From an uncultured bacterium (lineage in GTDB: Bacteria > Oederibacteriota > PGYV01 > CAWJRG01), in assembly GCA_963845185.1 (NCBI GenBank), contig CAWJRG010000010.1, positions 263,832 through 327,831 on the forward strand: a stretch of 64,000 nucleotides of DNA, read 5' to 3'. The number at the start of each line of letters is the position of its first letter. Position 1 is the stretch's first letter. Below, in pieces: positions 25,388 to 34,530 of this stretch. The position numbers were made by a program, and so were the translations under genes. The notes beneath the pieces were generated by a model that did not search any database, was not told the DNA's origin, and worked only from the letters and a program-made list of their open reading frames with translations.

Positions 25388-27220
25388 CTAATTCTCTTCT
25401 TCTTCCTCTTTTGCTTTTGCGTTATGGGCGCGCTTGCGAACTGTCGGGTCCAGTATTTTTTTGCGCATCCTTATATTTTGCGGCGTTATCTCTAGCAGTT
25501 CGTCGTCGGCTATATATTCCATTGCCTGCTCCAGGCTGAATTTCCTGGGCGGCTCGAGATTTATGGCCTCATCCGAACCGGACGCCCGCATGTTTGTAAG
25601 CTTCTTTTCCCTGCACACGTTTATTATCATATCCTTGTCCCTGCTGTTCTCTCCTGCTATCATGCCAGGATACACTTCGTCCCCGGGCTTTATGAAAAAA
25701 GCTCCTCTGTCTTGCAGTTTATCTAGCGCGTAAGCAACAGTTATGCCTTTTTCCATCACAATCAGCACCCCGCGGTTCCTTGTAGGCACCTCGCCTTTAT
25801 ATGGCCCGTATTCGTGAAAACTGTGGTTAAGTATGCCTGTGCCGCGTGTTTCAGTGATGAATTCATTGCGGAATCCGAGCAGCCCCCGTGTCGGCACATA
25901 AAATTCAAGCCTTGTGTAGCCGTCGCTCCCCGGCACCATATTTATCATCTCGCCTTTTCTTATTCCCATTTTTTCTATCACAGTGCCCACATGCTCGGCA
26001 GGCACGTCCATAATTGCGTGTTCTATTGGCTCCATTTTTTCATTGTTTATTTCCTTGTAAATTACCTGCGGCTTTGATACCTGTAGCTCGTATCCTTCGC
26101 GCCTCATATTTTCTATGAGTATGGCAAGTTGCAGTTCGCCCCTGCCCTTGACAGTAAATGCCTCGGTCGAGTCTGTTTTTTCAACAACTATGCTCACGTT
26201 TGTCTGGAGTTCTTTTTGCAGCCTTTCCCCCAGATGCCGTGATGTTACAAACTTTCCCTCTCGTCCCGCAAAAGGCGAATTATTCACCATAAAAGTCATT
26301 GACATGGTCGGCTTGTCAATGTCAATAGTTGGAAGCGCCTCAGGGAATTCTTTGCTCGCCACAGTATCTCCCACGTCAATTATTTCCAGCCCTGCCAGCG
26401 ATACAATATCGCCTGCAAAAGCTTCTTTTACTTCAACTTTCGCGAGCCCCTCAAAAGCCATTATCTTTGTTACGCGGTAAAGGATTTTCTGGCCGTCAGC
26501 CTTTATCAAATACACTTCCTCGCCTTGAGATACTTTCCCGTTGTATATTTTGCCTGTGCCCATTTTCCCGACATAGTTGTCGTAACCAATTGCTGATGTC
26601 AGGAACTGAAACGGCTTGTTGGGGTCGCCTGTTGTATCCTCGACGTGGCGTATTATCATGTCAAAAAGCGGCTTCATGCTGTCGCTTTTGTCTTTCATGT
26701 GGTCCTTTGCTATACCGTCTTTCGCGGACGCGTAAATCACCGGAAAATCCAGCTGGTCATCCGCAGCGTTCAGTTCCACAAAAAGGTCAAATATCATATT
26801 GAGTACTTCAGTGGACCTTTCATTTGGCCTGTCTATTTTATTTATAACAACTATGGGCATAAGCCCTGCTTCCAGGGATTTTTTCAGAACATATTTTGTC
26901 TGCGGCATGGGCCCCTCGAAAGCGTCAACCACCAGCAGCACCGAGTCCACCATTTTAAGTATCCTCTGCACTTCCCCACCAAAATCCGCGTGTCCGGGCG
27001 TATCGACTATGTTTATTTTATATCCCCCGTAATGAAAAGCCGCGTTTTTTGAGAATATGGTTATCCCGCGCTCTTTTTCGATATCGTTCGAATCCATTAC
27101 GCGCTCCACAAGTGTCTGATATTCTTTAAACACTCCCGCCTGCCTTAACATGCAGTCGACAAGCGTGGTTTTGCCGTGGTCAACATGCGCCACTATGGCT
27201 ATATTCTTGATTTTGCTCAT
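25388..27220 (-). CDS. typA: translational GTPase TypA/BipA
   Basis: It begins MSKIKNIAIVAHVDHGKTTLVD and carries DTPGHADFGGEV, with full-length TypA similarity. The start is set at the internal ATG at 27220. Confidence 0.95.
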   Translation of the reverse strand: MSKIKNIAIVAHVDHGKTTLVDCMLRQAGVFKEYQTLVERVMDSNDIEKERGITIFSKNAAFHYGGYKINIVDTPGHADFGGEVQRILKMVDSVLLVVDAFEGPMPQTKYVLKKSLEAGLMPIVVINKIDRPNERSTEVLNMIFDLFVELNAADDQLDFPVIYASAKDGIAKDHMKDKSDSMKPLFDMIIRHVEDTTGDPNKPFQFLTSAIGYDNYVGKMGTGKIYNGKVSQGEEVYLIKADGQKILYRVTKIMAFEGLAKVEVKEAFAGDIVSLAGLEIIDVGDTVASKEFPEALPTIDIDKPTMSMTFMVNNSPFAGREGKFVTSRHLGERLQKELQTNVSIVVEKTDSTEAFTVKGRGELQLAILIENMRREGYELQVSKPQVIYKEINNEKMEPIEHAIMDVPAEHVGTVIEKMGIRKGEMINMVPGSDGYTRLEFYVPTRGLLGFRNEFITETRGTGILNHSFHEYGPYKGEVPTRNRGVLIVMEKGITVAYALDKLQDRGAFFIKPGDEVYPGMIAGENSRDKDMIINVCREKKLTNMRASGSDEAINLEPPRKFSLEQAMEYIADDELLEITPQNIRMRKKILDPTVRKRAHNAKAKEEEEEN

Positions 27221-27409
27221 AAAATAGAATAATCTCACTTTCAATTAGAATTTTAAGCCGGATTTCCTTTTGAGTTTTGCAGGAAAACGCTGAAATGCCT
27301 ACGAAGGAGCCTCCTCTTAATATGTAATAATATGCTCCCTCCCCGAAGCGCTATCATACCCCGACTCTACCAAGCGGGGTTTTTCGCGTAGCGGGATTAA
27401 TATATAAAG

Positions 27410-27438
27410 AGTATAGCAGTTAGAACTGTCTAAATCAA
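27410..27438 (-). promoter_or_regulatory. sigma70-type promoter giving a leader of about 185 nt for typA
   Basis: Minus strand: TTGATT (27438..27433), a 17-nt spacer, then TATACT (27415..27410). Confidence 0.45.
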
Positions 27439-27476
27439 GCAATTTGCTTATTTGGTTCAGGACTTTATTAAAAATA

Positions 27477-28049
27477 TTATGCTGTCTTTTTGATTATCCA
27501 CGCCATGTTTTTACCCAAGTTTCTGAAGTTCCTTATGCCTTCCTCGTCGTTCATTATATCGCCTGGGTTGCGGGAAAGAGTCATGTTCCAGTAAGTTGAG
27601 CCGGGTATTACCATCTGCATTATTCCAAAGAAAAAGTTTATGGCGGCGTATGTAAAATTCGAACCTGCGCGCCGCACGCTTACTACAGCAGCGCCGGTCT
27701 TGCGTATAAACATACCGTCATTTGCCATGGAAACATAACCGCAGCGCTCTATGAGCGCCTTGATATTGGCAGTGACATTGCCGAAATAAACAGGCGAGCC
27801 GATTATGACGCCGTCTGCCTCTGCCATCTTGGCTATGAGCCCGTTCATGCCGTCGTCGGCAGCGCCGCATTTTTTGTCCTTGTTCTGCCTGCATTTCAGG
27901 CAGGCAATGCAGCCGGAAAGTTTTTTTGTCCCGATATTAATAAGCTCGGTCTGTATGCCTTCCTTTTCAAGCTCCTCAAAAACAAACTTTATTGCCTGCT
28001 GCGTGTTGCCGTTTGCCCGCGGGCTGCCGTTAAAAGCAACTACTTTCAT
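27477..28049 (-). CDS. NADPH-dependent FMN reductase / flavodoxin-like iron-sulfur flavoprotein
   Basis: 190 aa beginning MKVVAFNGSPRANGNT, with a Cys cluster CIACLKC..KKC. Confidence 0.8.
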   Translation of the reverse strand: MKVVAFNGSPRANGNTQQAIKFVFEELEKEGIQTELINIGTKKLSGCIACLKCRQNKDKKCGAADDGMNGLIAKMAEADGVIIGSPVYFGNVTANIKALIERCGYVSMANDGMFIRKTGAAVVSVRRAGSNFTYAAINFFFGIMQMVIPGSTYWNMTLSRNPGDIMNDEEGIRNFRNLGKNMAWIIKKTA

Positions 28050-28100
28050 AAAATACCTCCTATGATCTTCCGAATTATTTTTTTAAGCACCTTTTATAGA

Positions 28101-28129
28101 TTTATACAATAACTTGAGATTTTTGACAA
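28101..28129 (-). promoter_or_regulatory. sigma70-type promoter of the flavoprotein gene
   Basis: Minus strand: TTGTCA (28129..28124), a 17-nt spacer, then TATAAA (28106..28101). Confidence 0.4.
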
Positions 28130-28137
28130 TATGGAAG

Positions 28138-28686
28138 TTAGTTATTTATCGCAAACCAGTATTCGGCCAGTTGTCTCTCGATTTTTTCATAGTCCCTGAA
28201 ATACTTCTTAATATCCCAAAAAAATTCCCTGTTATGCCTTCTGTGCCTGAAATGGTTCAGCTCGTGGCAGACAATATAGTCTATCAGCCTCTCCGGCAGC
28301 TTTGACAGCGCGCAGTTTATTGTGATATTGCCCCTGCTGCTCCAGCTTCCCCATTTCGACCGCATGTTCTTGAAAAAAACTCTTGACGCCTTAACGCCCA
28401 TTCTTTGTTCGTTTTTTAGGATGGATTTTTTTACTATCCTCTTAAATTCATTCATCGTCCTGATTATTGGCACCAGTCCAGCCGCATTCTGCTTTATCGC
28501 CTGTATCTCGTTTATTTTCCTGTAAATCCAGTTTTTATGTTTCTGTATTATCCTCTTTTCGTCCATATGCCTTCTCGGCGCTATCAGGACAAGCCTGCCT
28601 GTTTTAAGCTCTATCCTTGCGTGCTTTACGTCCCTGCGTTCGACCCGGTACGTTACATCCAGGTCATTTATCCGTATTTTTTCCAT
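28138..28686 (-). CDS. YgjP/DUF45-like HExxH metal-dependent hydrolase
   Basis: 182 aa with the motif CHELNHFRHRRH near the C-terminus. It overlaps the 3' end of hsdR by 23 nt. Confidence 0.8.
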   Translation of the reverse strand: MEKIRINDLDVTYRVERRDVKHARIELKTGRLVLIAPRRHMDEKRIIQKHKNWIYRKINEIQAIKQNAAGLVPIIRTMNEFKRIVKKSILKNEQRMGVKASRVFFKNMRSKWGSWSSRGNITINCALSKLPERLIDYIVCHELNHFRHRRHNREFFWDIKKYFRDYEKIERQLAEYWFAINN

Positions 28687-31600
28687 AATCCTGCGCCCCT
28701 ATAATATCGGAAACTATGCTGCCTGATATCCTGTCCAGCTCATCCGGGTTATATCCCTTTTTCCTGAATATTCTCCTGATGATTTGCGTGACTGCCTTGC
28801 CTATTTCGGGGTTGGATATGTACTCGAGCATGTACTCGCCCTCCTCCCTGATTTTTTCCTTCACCTGTTTCATGCATTCCACGGCGTCCCCATCGCTCAG
28901 TTTTTCCTTTTTCAGCCGCAGGAACATGACATACTCTATATTGTCCAGCCCCAGCTCTTTTTGTTTGTTTTCCACTGCTTCTTTATCGTCGAATATGGCG
29001 TTCCCGGCTTTTATTATTTCCATGTAGGTTTTCACATTGCTCTGCCATTCCTGTATGAGCCGCATTACCCTGTCGGCCAGCTCCTCATAAATAGGGTTCT
29101 TTGCCTTGTCTACCAGTACATACTTTCGCAGGGCAAATATTATGCTCGCCGCCTTTTCTTCTGTCGGGTCCGCTTTCGCGAGCAGTTGCCTCATCCTTGC
29201 CTCGTCATACCGTATGCCCGGAAGCTCTTTTAAGCCTTTTATCTCCGTGCCCTTGTAAATATTTTCCAGCGTCCTCTTGAAATACTTGCGTATATAATAA
29301 TCTTTTTCCGGCTCGTCGAAGTTTTTCTTGTAGTAATAATAAAACGCGGTCAGCCATTTATATTCCTTTAAGAATTTTATCTTGACTTCAGAGCTTCCGA
29401 GCAGCTCGTACAGCCGCCTTGCCTGCCTGTATTTCTCGTCGAATTCAGCCTGCCGCCTGTCTTCGGAACTTATGAATTTCAGGATAGAAGTCAAGTGCTG
29501 GACATCATAATTCTCAAAATCAACTTTTCCTCTCTCCAGCAGCTTTTTTAATCCTTGTATTGTATCGGCAAACTTATCCGCCATTTTATCAAAGTCATAC
29601 AATATGTTTTCCCTGTCTTTCTCCTCATACGCCTTAAAAGCCTTGTCTATGTCGTCGAGCACGCCCACATAATCTATTACCAGCCCTGCTTCTTTTTCCT
29701 CATAGCGCCTGTTTGTGCGCGCTATCGCCTGTAAAAGCCTGTAATTTTTCAGGGCTTTGTGCAGGTATACGGTCTGCAAAACAGGCGCGTCAAACCCTGT
29801 TATAAGCATTTCCGTTACTATCAAAATCTTCGGGCTTTTATCGGCGTTGTCCTTGAATTTGGGCGTTATTTTCTTTTTGATTTCAGAAATATCTTTTTCA
29901 TTATATTTTTCAGTTATCCTGCTGTACTGCGCGGCTATTTTTTGGTCTGCTTCCTTTTGACCCATTGACATGACTATTTCGGTTTCGTCTTCGTCAAAAT
30001 ACCTGTCCAGTTCTTCCTTGTACAGGCAGCATGCATGCCGGGACGCGGCTATCACGACTGCCTTGAATTTCCCGTCAAGGTTGGCTTTAAAATGCCCCGC
30101 GATATCTTTTGCTACTATCTTGATTATTTCAGGATTTTCAAGGACTACGTTTATTTTACTTAGGCGTTCCCTGACCCCTTTTTCCACGTCTTCTTTCATG
30201 GTCTCGTTTATTTCATCTATATCTTCCTGGTCGTAAAAGAACTTGATAAGGTCCCTGTCCACGTGCACTTCATCCGTCAATCTCGGCTGGTAGGCTATTT
30301 CAAGCGTGTACCCGTCCCTGACGGAATCTTCCATAAAATACCGGTCAAGGTAAAGTTTGTCGCCGTATTCAAATTCTTTATAAGTGTTCCTTTCCCTGTT
30401 TGCTATCGGCGTGCCTGTAAAAGCAAAAAGGTTTCCGCTTTTAAATATGCTTTTCATCTGCGCTGATAAAATCCCGTATTGCGACCTGTGCCCCTCGTCT
30501 ATCAGGCAAATGACGTTTTTCCTGCCTGCTATGGTTGACTCGCTGCTGCCCGAGGCTTTTATTTCCTCTTCTATTGCCTTCATCTCGCTTTCAAAATCCC
30601 GTAGCTGGCCCGGATTAAACTTATGGATGAGCGTGACAAATACGCCCCTTTTGCCCCTGTATCCGTCGTGTTTCAGGATTTTCCGCAAATCCTCAATGGA
30701 TGAAATCGGTTCAATGTCGGAGAACAAATCAAGATAACCGAACTCGTCGAATAACTGGGTCTCAAGCTCCTCCCTGTCCACAATAAAAAAAATGGACGGG
30801 TTTGCCGCTTCCCTCATCTGGAAAAGCTTATTCGCGGCAAATATCATGGTAAGCGTCTTTCCCGAACCCTGCCAGTGCCATATCAGGCCGCGGTCTTTTT
30901 CCTTTTTCCCGCTTATCCTGCCTGTCACCCTTTTTACAATCTTATCAGTTGCCCTGTACTGCATATAGCGGCATATTACTTTGGTTTTCCTGCCACGCTC
31001 TTCCCTGAAAAATAAATAATATTTTATAATATCGAGCAGCCTGGCAGGCTCAAGCATTTCAATTATGTCAAATAAATCTTTTGTATTCGTAGAGACAGGT
31101 TTCAAACCTGTCTCAGTTTTATCCTGTATTTCTTCAATGGATTTCCACTCGTACATCTGCGGCAATTCCCCGTTCCATGGGACTATCGGGAAATACTTTG
31201 ACACGACATCAGCGCCGACTCCTATCTGGACATATTTGAATAATTCAGGTATTTTCTTTTCGTATGTTTTTATGTCTGTCACGGCGTCCAGCCAGCTCTT
31301 CCTCGCGCTTTCCGGACTTTTCAACTCTATGTTTACGAGCGGTATACCGTTGATATACAGCATTATGTCGCTCCGGATTTCCCTGTCTCCAGCCCTGTAA
31401 ACCGGCTGGTTCGTGACAATATATTCATTGTTTTCAGTATTATTGAAATCAATGAAATTAAGGTCTTTTAATATTCTTTCTTTCTTATCCTCCACTCTTT
31501 GCCCGAATTTGATGTATTGCAGGGCATGTTTCATGCCTTGCTCGGTCGTAGGAAGCATTTTAAACTCATGAATCTTGCGCGTGATTTCCTCAGGGCTGAT

Positions 31601-31759
31601 GTTTGTGGATTTATTGATTCTTTCTATGGCGTTTTTAAGGCTGTTTTCCAGCAATACATCCCCAAGCGAGTTCCTCACCAGCCCCGCCCCGGGTATGTAT
31701 TTCCATCCTGCTGCCTTTAACCGCTCTATAAACTGTTGTTCAAGACTTTGTTCTGTCAT
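28664..31759 (-). CDS. hsdR: type I restriction enzyme R subunit
   Basis: 1031 aa with an N-terminal nuclease-like region, helicase motif I (WHWQGSGKTLTM) and motif II (IDEGHRSQYG). The remaining SF2 motifs and a helical C-terminus are present. Confidence 0.93.
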   Translation of the reverse strand: MTEQSLEQQFIERLKAAGWKYIPGAGLVRNSLGDVLLENSLKNAIERINKSTNISPEEITRKIHEFKMLPTTEQGMKHALQYIKFGQRVEDKKERILKDLNFIDFNNTENNEYIVTNQPVYRAGDREIRSDIMLYINGIPLVNIELKSPESARKSWLDAVTDIKTYEKKIPELFKYVQIGVGADVVSKYFPIVPWNGELPQMYEWKSIEEIQDKTETGLKPVSTNTKDLFDIIEMLEPARLLDIIKYYLFFREERGRKTKVICRYMQYRATDKIVKRVTGRISGKKEKDRGLIWHWQGSGKTLTMIFAANKLFQMREAANPSIFFIVDREELETQLFDEFGYLDLFSDIEPISSIEDLRKILKHDGYRGKRGVFVTLIHKFNPGQLRDFESEMKAIEEEIKASGSSESTIAGRKNVICLIDEGHRSQYGILSAQMKSIFKSGNLFAFTGTPIANRERNTYKEFEYGDKLYLDRYFMEDSVRDGYTLEIAYQPRLTDEVHVDRDLIKFFYDQEDIDEINETMKEDVEKGVRERLSKINVVLENPEIIKIVAKDIAGHFKANLDGKFKAVVIAASRHACCLYKEELDRYFDEDETEIVMSMGQKEADQKIAAQYSRITEKYNEKDISEIKKKITPKFKDNADKSPKILIVTEMLITGFDAPVLQTVYLHKALKNYRLLQAIARTNRRYEEKEAGLVIDYVGVLDDIDKAFKAYEEKDRENILYDFDKMADKFADTIQGLKKLLERGKVDFENYDVQHLTSILKFISSEDRRQAEFDEKYRQARRLYELLGSSEVKIKFLKEYKWLTAFYYYYKKNFDEPEKDYYIRKYFKRTLENIYKGTEIKGLKELPGIRYDEARMRQLLAKADPTEEKAASIIFALRKYVLVDKAKNPIYEELADRVMRLIQEWQSNVKTYMEIIKAGNAIFDDKEAVENKQKELGLDNIEYVMFLRLKKEKLSDGDAVECMKQVKEKIREEGEYMLEYISNPEIGKAVTQIIRRIFRKKGYNPDELDRISGSIVSDIIGAQDYGKNTDK

Positions 31760-31802
31760 TTACCTACCTCTACGTAAAAAATATGAAGTAAAATTATATA
31801 AT

Positions 31803-33323
31803 TTAATCTCGAAAGAATACAGCTTCGCTATATCTCTTTGAGTTTTTTACAATTTCATTTGCTATTCTTTTTAATTCGATTTCTTTTTGAACATCATTTT
31901 TCCAAGCACGAGTAAAACGTAATTTCCATTTTTTTATTTTATTTAATGTTATTATCTGGGAATTTAAATAACTAAATATATCTTTTGACTTTTTATTTTT
32001 CCAATCTAACAAACTTTTAATTTGAAATTCATTATCTAATTTTGATGAAATTTCATCTAATAAATCAAAATGCAATTTTTTAGCGGATTTACAAAGTACT
32101 TTGGGAGGTAATTCTTGAATTATTTCCGCATAAGAAATACTTGTTTTCCATAAATTTTCTAAAGGTTGATTGTTAATTCCCTCAATAAAAATAGCTTCTT
32201 TTGCGCCAAAGAAAAAATAAATTAATTGCCTGAAATTATAATAATCTTGGTCATTAGGGACATCCTTCATATTAAATCTAAAAATGTCATCAGTTTTTAT
32301 ATTTATTACATATAATTCCGTCTTCGTTTTTCTATCATGATCCTTACTATTAATTATTTTTTTTCGTAAAATTTCAGAAAATTCGATAGCACTTAATCTA
32401 TTATTCTTAGGTTTAACTAAATATAAAGCTATTGATTTCGTACCAATTTGCGGAATATTAGAAGCAAATATTCGATTTCCCAAAACAATTATAGGTAACT
32501 TTGGGAGGTAATTTTTTTCAATATCTTTTGGAATGTTTTTACCAATTATTAAAAATGCTCCTTTTACTTTATCAAAAGTACCAGCATCTCTAAAAATTTT
32601 CTTATCTATTTTTTCTTGAATTATTTCTCTTAAAACACTATTTAATTCTGCTTTTTTATTAATTTCTTTTTGAAAAAAATCATACATTTGTTTAGCATTT
32701 AACAAGCGAGCAATTTCAAATAGAATTTTTAATGTGTTTTTAAATCCTAATTCATTATTTAAATTTTCCAATTTATTTTTTTCATTTCTTAAATTATAAA
32801 CATTAGCCATAACTCTTTCATTTCTTGTTGTTTTCTGAAAACTATATTTATTTAATCTTGTTATTATAAAATTTTTTAAATCTTTTAGCGTTGGTTCATT
32901 ATTTAAATCATGCGGTTTTGCGTTTATATATATATTCAACAAGCATATAAATATAAGAGCGTTATTAAATGGTTCATCTGCTTTAATAAGATTTTTCTCA
33001 AATATTTTTTCAATGCAATCTTCTAAACTAAGTGGATAGTCATCCGTTGCTTCAATCTTTTTAATATTACCAATAAAGACCAATGCGTTATAAATCCTAT
33101 CTATTATTTTAGTATTCCAGTCTTTATTGAATTTTTTTATCTTATATTCATCAATTACTTCTTTTAAAGCAAGCCACCCAAATGAAAATAAATTAATTAT
33201 TAGTTTAATTATAAGGTTTTGATCTTTTAATGTGGTAAAAGTCAAAATTAACATTATTCCTATAATTAATAAAAACAAAATCATATTTTTTTTATAAGTT
33301 AAAATAATTTTTTCAAATGTCAT
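31803..33323 (-). CDS. hypothetical membrane-anchored protein embedded in the type I R-M operon
   Basis: 506 aa. It has two N-terminal hydrophobic segments (ILFLLIIGIMLILTF and LIINLFSFGWLAL). I recognise no other motif. It is very AT-rich, and its start overlaps the hsdS stop by 11 nt. Confidence 0.6.
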   Translation of the reverse strand: MTFEKIILTYKKNMILFLLIIGIMLILTFTTLKDQNLIIKLIINLFSFGWLALKEVIDEYKIKKFNKDWNTKIIDRIYNALVFIGNIKKIEATDDYPLSLEDCIEKIFEKNLIKADEPFNNALIFICLLNIYINAKPHDLNNEPTLKDLKNFIITRLNKYSFQKTTRNERVMANVYNLRNEKNKLENLNNELGFKNTLKILFEIARLLNAKQMYDFFQKEINKKAELNSVLREIIQEKIDKKIFRDAGTFDKVKGAFLIIGKNIPKDIEKNYLPKLPIIVLGNRIFASNIPQIGTKSIALYLVKPKNNRLSAIEFSEILRKKIINSKDHDRKTKTELYVINIKTDDIFRFNMKDVPNDQDYYNFRQLIYFFFGAKEAIFIEGINNQPLENLWKTSISYAEIIQELPPKVLCKSAKKLHFDLLDEISSKLDNEFQIKSLLDWKNKKSKDIFSYLNSQIITLNKIKKWKLRFTRAWKNDVQKEIELKRIANEIVKNSKRYSEAVFFRD

Positions 33324-34530
33324 TTTTAATACCCCTTTTAATCCTTTGTTTTCCTGTCAAAAGTACATTTATAAGCCCTTTTTTCAGAAGTTCAAATTTT
33401 CCTTTTCTATTTTCTTCGATATTTAATTGTTTATCAATATTTGAAATAATAGAAGCAATTTCACGTTGTTCAATTATAGACAATTTAACAATCTTAAAAT
33501 TAACAATGTCCCTTTGAAAAAGATGGGGAATACTACTGCCGGATATTTTTTCCTTTATTAAGCTTGTAAAATTATTTGATTGGAAATATTGGAATACAAA
33601 TTCAGCATCATATAATTTTTCATCAGTTCTTATAAGCATCATTGTTCCATTTATAGTTGCCTTATCAGGCAATTCATCAATATAAGCCACTCTTCCAATT
33701 GTTCCATCTTTACTTATGATAATATCTTTTTCTTTTAAAATAATTTCATGCGATTCTTCATATCTTTCAATTGAAATATGTTGGCATCTATTCCAGATTA
33801 CTTTTCCGTTTTCAATATGATTACCTGCTATAAGATAGGGCCCCGATTTAGTATATTCTTTTGAAGATAATGCTCTCCATCCAATTCTTGCTTTAATATA
33901 TGAAAAATCTCCTAGCCTAACCACCTCCCACTCCTCTGGTATCTCCCCAAGTTCGGTTTTTTTAAACTTCTTATGCCCTATGCCTCTTGTCAGCAGTTTC
34001 TGCATCATGCCTTTTTTCAGCCGCTCGGTCTTCTGTATCTTCTCCTCCGCCATCGAGATGGCGTCGTCAACAGTGGACAAGACTTTGGCGATTTTGTTTT
34101 GCTCAATGATAGGAGGCATAACAGTTTTTCTTCTATACACAATGTCTCTATTTAATCCCGGAATAGCAGAGGAAGTTTCCATTTTTGATAAATCAAGCTT
34201 GTTTAATAAATAATAAAAGTATTTTAAATCAATATCTTTTTGCTTAAATTTAATAAAATATGTTGTATCTATAGCCCAAAAATCAGTATTGCACAAATGA
34301 ATTGACCCAATAGACCCCTTTCTACCTACTAATATACCCGGCCCCTTAGCATTGTAGGAATCGTGATTGCCAACAAGTCCATTTGAACCATATACCGGAT
34401 ATTTTCCTCCATCCCGTTCATTCCTTTTTAAGGCAGAACCATATTCAAGTGTACAAATATCCCCAATTGATATAAGGTTCCACTCTTCCGGTATCTCGCC
34501 AAATTCTGTTTTTTTATAGCCGGATTTCAT
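33313..34530 (-). CDS. hsdS: type I restriction-modification specificity subunit
   Basis: 405 aa with two target-recognition halves. Each is introduced by TE(F/L)GEIPEEW and followed by a conserved helix: LKKGMMQKLLTRG and LKKGLINVLLTGK. Confidence 0.92.
   Translation of the reverse strand: MKSGYKKTEFGEIPEEWNLISIGDICTLEYGSALKRNERDGGKYPVYGSNGLVGNHDSYNAKGPGILVGRKGSIGSIHLCNTDFWAIDTTYFIKFKQKDIDLKYFYYLLNKLDLSKMETSSAIPGLNRDIVYRRKTVMPPIIEQNKIAKVLSTVDDAISMAEEKIQKTERLKKGMMQKLLTRGIGHKKFKKTELGEIPEEWEVVRLGDFSYIKARIGWRALSSKEYTKSGPYLIAGNHIENGKVIWNRCQHISIERYEESHEIILKEKDIIISKDGTIGRVAYIDELPDKATINGTMMLIRTDEKLYDAEFVFQYFQSNNFTSLIKEKISGSSIPHLFQRDIVNFKIVKLSIIEQREIASIISNIDKQLNIEENRKGKFELLKKGLINVLLTGKQRIKRGIKNDI

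Noticed and set aside
27250-27400. A possible housekeeping RNA gene (SRP RNA, 6S, tmRNA or RNase P) in the typA upstream spacer.
   Set aside because: None of the conserved cores I know are present: the SRP GGAAGCAGCC helix-8 motif, the RNase P GAGGAAAGUCC motif, or the tmRNA tRNA-like end. The region is treated as an mRNA leader instead.
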